Positions 54,615-59,073 of a stretch of 59,073 bases of DNA are shown here, in pieces (the first letter of the stretch is position 1; the number at the start of each line of letters is the position of its first letter). This stretch comes from a virus (Duplodnaviria; Caudoviricetes), in the IMG/VR virus record IMGVR_UViG_3300034106_001917, positions 1 to 59,073 of that record. The stretch is one strand, 5' to 3'. The notes under the pieces are model-generated. The model was not told the DNA's origin. It did not search any database and was given only the letters and a program-made list of their open reading frames with translations. The position numbers were made by a program, and so were the translations under genes.

Positions 54615-56408
54615 ATGGTAGATAAGAGCAGCATTACAATAGACCTAGAAAGAGATAAATTATTCGATGAACTCGGAATCAAAAGACTCAAAGAATCATA
54701 TATGCGTGAAGACGAAACAAGTCCTCAAGAAAGATTTGCGTTTGTATCCGCTGCTTTTGGAACTGATGAGGCTCATGCTCAACGTTTGTACGATTACAGT
54801 AGTAAGCATTGGCTATCTTATTCTACTCCTATTTTATCTTTCGGTCGCTCTAAGCGTGGCTTGCCTATTAGCTGCTTTCTTCCCTATTTGGATGATTCAG
54901 CAGAAGGTTTGGTCAATACTCTTTCAGAAGTAAATTGGCTGTCAATGCTAGGGGGTGGTGTTGGAATCGGTTTGGGTATTCGTTCTGCTGATGATAAGTC
55001 CGTTGGTATCATGCCTCATCTACGTACTTACGATGCATCTTCATTGGCATATAGACAAGGTCGTACAAGGCGTGGCTCTTATGCTGCTTATCTTGACATT
55101 TCTCATCCTGACATTATCAATTTCTTAGAGATGAGAAAGCCTACGGGTGATCCTAATCTACGCACATTGAATCTACATCACGGCATTAACATCACTGATG
55201 ATTTTATGTTGTTGATTGAAAAGTGTATGCTTGATCATGATGCCGATGATACATGGGAACTCAAAGATCCACATAGTGGTGAAGTGCGTGATAAAGTAAG
55301 CGCACGTGAATTGTGGCAGCGCATTCTTGAAACACGTATGTTGACTGGTGAACCATACATTCACTTTATTGATACGAGTAATCGTTTGATGCCAGAGTTT
55401 CAAAAGCAAAAAGGCTTGAGCATCAAACAATCTAATTTGTGTTCAGAAATTATTTTACCTACAGATAAACAGCGTACAGCAGTTTGCTGCCTATCATCTG
55501 TAAACTTGGAGTATTATGATGATTGGAAGAGTAATGAACTTTTTCTGCGGGACGTGGCGGAAATGCTTGATAATGTACTTCAGTATTTTATTGACAATGC
55601 TCCTGATGTTATTCACCGAGCCAGGTTCTCTGCTCAACAAGAGCGCAGTATTGGTGTGGGGGCTCTTGGTTATCATGCTCTTCTTCAGAAAAAAAATATT
55701 GCGTTTGAATCAGCAGTAGCAAAGTCATTCAACAATCAAGTATTCAAACATATTCGTGAGAGACTAGATGATGCAAACATCCAATTGGGAAAAGAAAGAG
55801 GTGAGGCTCCTGATGCTGTTGGTTCAGGTAAAAGGTTTAGCCATATGCTTGCCATTGCTCCTAATGCTTCAAGTTCCATTATCATGGGCAATACTAGTCC
55901 CTCCGTTGAGCCTTATCGTGCTAATGCTTATAGACAAGACACTCTTTCGGGTGCTTTTCTAAACAAAAATAAATTCTTGGATAAAATCATCAAGGAGAAA
56001 TGTGATGCAGACAACAAATTGGACTATCAAGAAATCTGGTCAAGTATCATTGCAAACGACGGTTCCGTCCAGCACTTGGATTTCTTGGATGACTACACCA
56101 AAGATGTCTACAAAACTGGTATGGAAATTGACCAAAGATGGGTTGTGGACCACGCCGCTGACAGACAGCATTACATTGACCAGGCGCAATCCATTAACCT
56201 CTTTTTTAGACCTGATGTGAATGTTAAATACTTACATGCAGTACACTTTCAGGCATGGAAACAAGGCTTGAAGACGTTGTATTACTGCCGTTCAGAGAAA
56301 CTAGCAAAGGCTGACAAAGTATCCAAAAAGATTGAACGTGAGATTATACAAGAAATCGATTTGAAGCAACTGGCTACTGAGGAGGTCTGTTTAGCGTGTG
56401 AGGGCTAA
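54615..56408 (+). CDS. nrdA: Class I ribonucleotide reductase alpha subunit (compact, no ATP cone seen)
   Basis: PISCF, GGGVG, SNLCSEI, VCCLSS, IAPNASSS, KTLYY, C-terminal CLACEG. Confidence 0.96.
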   Translation: MVDKSSITIDLERDKLFDELGIKRLKESYMREDETSPQERFAFVSAAFGTDEAHAQRLYDYSSKHWLSYSTPILSFGRSKRGLPISCFLPYLDDSAEGLVNTLSEVNWLSMLGGGVGIGLGIRSADDKSVGIMPHLRTYDASSLAYRQGRTRRGSYAAYLDISHPDIINFLEMRKPTGDPNLRTLNLHHGINITDDFMLLIEKCMLDHDADDTWELKDPHSGEVRDKVSARELWQRILETRMLTGEPYIHFIDTSNRLMPEFQKQKGLSIKQSNLCSEIILPTDKQRTAVCCLSSVNLEYYDDWKSNELFLRDVAEMLDNVLQYFIDNAPDVIHRARFSAQQERSIGVGALGYHALLQKKNIAFESAVAKSFNNQVFKHIRERLDDANIQLGKERGEAPDAVGSGKRFSHMLAIAPNASSSIIMGNTSPSVEPYRANAYRQDTLSGAFLNKNKFLDKIIKEKCDADNKLDYQEIWSSIIANDGSVQHLDFLDDYTKDVYKTGMEIDQRWVVDHAADRQHYIDQAQSINLFFRPDVNVKYLHAVHFQAWKQGLKTLYYCRSEKLAKADKVSKKIEREIIQEIDLKQLATEEVCLACEG

Positions 56409-56534
56409 ATGTCATTCGAATTAAATCCAAAGAAACCAAAGCCGCATCCGAAGCGACCGATATACAAAGAAAAAACTCCTGCTCCGTCAAAAGAGCAGGA
56501 GAAAAAAGACAATAATAAAAACAAAGAAAAGTGA
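56409..56534 (+). CDS. Hypothetical 41-aa Lys/Pro-rich peptide (not in the ORF track)
   Basis: ATG directly after the nrdA stop; GTGA overlap with the next gene. Confidence 0.45.
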   Translation: MSFELNPKKPKPHPKRPIYKEKTPAPSKEQEKKDNNKNKEK

Positions 56535-57169
56535 AAACAATTGCGTTATTTTTACACCAACCTAAATGTTCGGTTCAATCTGGAAATGGAATAATTAAAG
56601 CGTTACATCCGTTTTATAAATTTAAGATATTCACTAAGCATGAACTTGAAGACAATTTTTTTGATGATGTTGATATGGTTTGTTTTCCTGGTGGCGTTGG
56701 CGATTCCGATAGTTGGGATCGCTTACTTAAATCTCATGTTGACGGCATCCGTAAGTTCATTGCTGGTGGTGGGCGTTACTTGGGTATATGCATGGGAGCA
56801 TATTGGGCGGGAACTGACTACTTTGACATTCTTAATGATGTTGGAATAAGTCAATACATAACTCGACCTAACACAGACACAAGACGCCCTCATGCAAAAC
56901 AAATGAAAGTTATATGGGATGATAAACCCGAAGAACTTTTCTTTTATGATGGCTGTGCAATTTTTGGTGATGAATCGAAGTATGATGTAATAGCAAGATA
57001 TCCTAACGGTGATGCGATGGCTATCATGCAGGGCAATATTGGTTTGATTGGGTGTCATCCCGAAGCACAACAACATTGGTATGAAGATTATTCTTGGATG
57101 AAGAAAAGATGGAATGGTAGTAAAGAATATTTACTGTTAGATTTTGTGAACAGAATGATGGAAAAATGA
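56531..57169 (+). CDS. Class I glutamine-amidotransferase-like protein (BPL-N-like)
   Basis: FPGG, YLGICMGAY nucleophile elbow, GCHPE. Confidence 0.75.
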   Translation: MKTIALFLHQPKCSVQSGNGIIKALHPFYKFKIFTKHELEDNFFDDVDMVCFPGGVGDSDSWDRLLKSHVDGIRKFIAGGGRYLGICMGAYWAGTDYFDILNDVGISQYITRPNTDTRRPHAKQMKVIWDDKPEELFFYDGCAIFGDESKYDVIARYPNGDAMAIMQGNIGLIGCHPEAQQHWYEDYSWMKKRWNGSKEYLLLDFVNRMMEK

Positions 57170-57170
57170 T

Positions 57171-57299
57171 ATGATACTTGAAATTGTTATGTGGGGTTTC
57201 TTTTCAGCATGGGGCTGGTTCGGGGCCAATTATATCAAAGATCAAATTTGGCCACCTGAGCCACCAACAGCAGAAAAGAAAGTTGAAGAGAAAAAATAA
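57171..57299 (+). CDS. Hypothetical 42-aa membrane peptide (not in the ORF track)
   Basis: MILEIVMWGFFSAWGWFGANYIKDQIWPPEPP...; TAATG coupling to the next gene. Confidence 0.6.
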   Translation: MILEIVMWGFFSAWGWFGANYIKDQIWPPEPPTAEKKVEEKK

Positions 57300-57553
57300 T
57301 GTGGGCATATATTTTTACATTTGTCTGTATGTTTGTTACAGACATTGTTTATACGCAGTTACTTAAATCCGTACAAAATGATAGACCATTAGCATCAAGT
57401 ATTTGGGCATCAGCAATTACATTTTTGGGTGGTGTAGCAATTATCAACTACACGAACGATAACACGATGATTATACCAGCAGTTCTTGGTGCATTTGCAG
57501 GAACATATGTTGGTATGAAGTTTCACTTACATGAGAAAAAATGGCACATCTAG
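57299..57553 (+). CDS. Small three-TM membrane protein
   Basis: Hydrophobic throughout; LGAFAGTYVG. Confidence 0.7.
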   Translation: MWAYIFTFVCMFVTDIVYTQLLKSVQNDRPLASSIWASAITFLGGVAIINYTNDNTMIIPAVLGAFAGTYVGMKFHLHEKKWHI

Positions 57554-58173
57554 TCGCAAACATACCACCAGTACACTGTTACATAAGAAAAGAATTTCTG
57601 TATGACTTTGAGAAAGGTCACGGTGAGTATGAGCCGTGTATCTGGATTTCAATCAAAAGCATCAGAGGACAAGCATTTAGAATAGAGGCATATCTACCAA
57701 ACTATGGCGCACTTTACGATAAACTACCATTACATGCTTTTGTTAGCAGAACGGATAATCTCCCAAAAACTTTTTTACCTTTAGACACATTGCAAATCTG
57801 GGACTGTTTCAGTTATGATTTCACAGTAATACAAAAAGCATTTTTACGAAATCTTACATGTAAGTTTTATGCCAAGGACAAACAGTTCTATGAAGGCAAT
57901 TACATGTTTACTGTTGATCACTCAGCGCCAGATTTGAACATCATAGATACAAGTTATGCAGAATGGCCAGAAGATCACAAGAGTTTCAACTTCATTGAAT
58001 TGTACAATGGTCAGTATGCAGCACAACCAAACAATCGTTGCTTGTTCTTAGATGCAGCAAGCAATCCAAAAGAATTGAAGTTTCCAGACTTCAAAGTTTG
58101 CACCAAGAAGTATGTTGTAGAACAAAAGCCCAAATGGTCTTTGGGTGATACTGAAACTGTAATGTATGAATAG
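57541..58173 (+). CDS. Conserved phage hypothetical protein
   Basis: LVANIPP...EFLYD...YGALYDKLPLHAF...LQIWDCFS...NGQYAAQPNNR. Confidence 0.75.
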   Translation: MAHLVANIPPVHCYIRKEFLYDFEKGHGEYEPCIWISIKSIRGQAFRIEAYLPNYGALYDKLPLHAFVSRTDNLPKTFLPLDTLQIWDCFSYDFTVIQKAFLRNLTCKFYAKDKQFYEGNYMFTVDHSAPDLNIIDTSYAEWPEDHKSFNFIELYNGQYAAQPNNRCLFLDAASNPKELKFPDFKVCTKKYVVEQKPKWSLGDTETVMYE

Positions 58174-58181
58174 GAGAAGTT

Positions 58182-58319
58182 ATGTCAGTAAAAGCACCTA
58201 ACGTGAGCAAACATAAATCAGTTCATAAAAGAACAAAGCAAGGCGGTCACAAGAAAACAGCAAGTATGAGTAAACACGAAAAGCGTTCACATAAAAAATA
58301 TAGAGGTCAGGGCAAATGA
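58182..58319 (+). CDS. 45-aa highly basic peptide ending KKYRGQGK (not in the ORF track)
   Basis: SD AGGAG; ATGA overlap with thioredoxin. Confidence 0.7.
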   Translation: MSVKAPNVSKHKSVHKRTKQGGHKKTASMSKHEKRSHKKYRGQGK

Positions 58320-58561
58320 AAAAAGTAGTACGATTTACGGCATCGTGGTGTGGACCATGTAAGATGTTAGCCAAAACATTAGAAGAAGTAAAAACGAGTG
58401 TACCAATTGAAGTGATTGATATTGATTCACAACCTGATATCGCAGCAGAATTTGGCATTCGTGGTGTACCAACATTGGTGATGATGGAAGATAATGTAGC
58501 AACAAAAAGATTAGTAGGAAATAAAACAAAACAAGAACTAGAGGCATTCATCAATGATTAA
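58316..58561 (+). CDS. trxA: Thioredoxin
   Basis: ASWCGPCK, IRGVPTL. Confidence 0.93.
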   Translation: MKKVVRFTASWCGPCKMLAKTLEEVKTSVPIEVIDIDSQPDIAAEFGIRGVPTLVMMEDNVATKRLVGNKTKQELEAFIND

Positions 58562-59073
58562 AAAGCACGAAACAAGACTAACAGACGAAAGAACATCATT
58601 CAAACCATTTGCATATCCTTGGGCATACGAAAGTTGGCTAAAGCATGAACAATCACACTGGCTTCACACTGAAGTGCCAATGCTTGAGGATGTTAAAGAT
58701 TGGAAGAATAAACTTACGCAGAACGAAAAGAATTTTCTCACTCATATATTCAGATTTTTTACTCAGGGTGACATTGATGTTGCAGGTGGTTATGTTAATA
58801 ATTACTTACCTTATTTTCCTCAGCCAGAAGTAAGAATGATGTTGTTGGGTTTTGCAGCACGTGAAGCACTACACATCGCAGCATACTCACATCTGATTGA
58901 AACACTTGGTATGCCTGACACGACATACACAGAGTTTCTTGAATACCAAGCAATGAAAGACAAACATGATTACGTTCTTAATCTTAGCGCACAGAATGGC
59001 GATAGGGCTTCTACTGCTGCTCATATTGCAGTATTCTCTGCTTTCACCGAAGGGATGCAACTATTCAGTTCCT
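58554..59073 (+). CDS. nrdB: Ribonucleotide reductase beta subunit (3' end runs off the window)
   Basis: Translates as MIKKHETRLTDERTSFKPFAYPWAY...HW..TEV...D.KDW...FFTQGD...EALHIAAYSHL...FTEGMQLFSS. Confidence 0.95.
   Translation, partial: MIKKHETRLTDERTSFKPFAYPWAYESWLKHEQSHWLHTEVPMLEDVKDWKNKLTQNEKNFLTHIFRFFTQGDIDVAGGYVNNYLPYFPQPEVRMMLLGFAAREALHIAAYSHLIETLGMPDTTYTEFLEYQAMKDKHDYVLNLSAQNGDRASTAAHIAVFSAFTEGMQLFSS

Noticed and set aside
25021-56408. Introns or inteins in gp43, gp41, thyX or nrdA
   Set aside because: All are continuous ORFs of normal or compact length with no intein termini or inserted endonuclease seen.
57178-57366. 62-aa ORF from the track
   Set aside because: It has a TTG start and overlaps the next gene extensively; the 57171-57299 frame fits the coupling pattern better.
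1-59073. Minus-strand ORFs in the track (e.g. 18512-18982, 43454-43912, 51676-52257)
   Set aside because: They are antisense shadows of well-supported + strand genes, with no recognisable motifs.
1-59073. tRNA/rRNA genes or stop-codon reassignment
   Set aside because: No cloverleaf or T-loop signature was seen in the short intergenic gaps (a tRNAscan run would confirm). Core genes are intact in the standard code and all three stops are used.

Overview
A 59-kb segment of a T4-like (myovirus-type) dsDNA phage genome. It is AT-rich and densely coded, and every credible gene lies on the + strand. The T4 core order is recognisable: gp55, gp47, gp46, gp45, gp44, gp62, regA, gp43, uvsX, gp40, gp41, and later primase gp61, thyX, nrdA, thioredoxin and a partial nrdB. 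Spanins plus a GH19 endolysin point to a Gram-negative host (inference). Accessory islands are: (i) an NDP-sugar cluster with a B12 radical SAM enzyme, split transketolase, HddA-like kinase and ColD/E1-like 3-dehydratase; (ii) a cassette of AsnB-like amide ligase, C5 cytosine 'methyltransferase' with Arg in place of the motif-X Asn, and a CmoA-like carboxy-SAM synthase, predicting carboxymethyl- or carbamoylmethyl-cytosine DNA modification; (iii) a glycan island with an EEVS-type sedoheptulose-7-P cyclase, kinase, nucleotidyltransferase, SDR and GT-like genes, suggesting an NDP-carbasugar pathway; (iv) late genes with T4-internal-protein-like capsid-targeting N-termini and modular polyproteins split by repeated Glu-ending linkers, one carrying a HicA RNase-like domain; (v) an extended lysis cassette. 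Non-coding signals include sigma70 promoters whose -35 box sits inside terminator hairpins, an H-type pseudoknot leader, a ROSE-like thermometer before hsp20, T4-type late promoters and a probable leaderless primase mRNA. All calls come from reading motifs by eye; no database searches were run.
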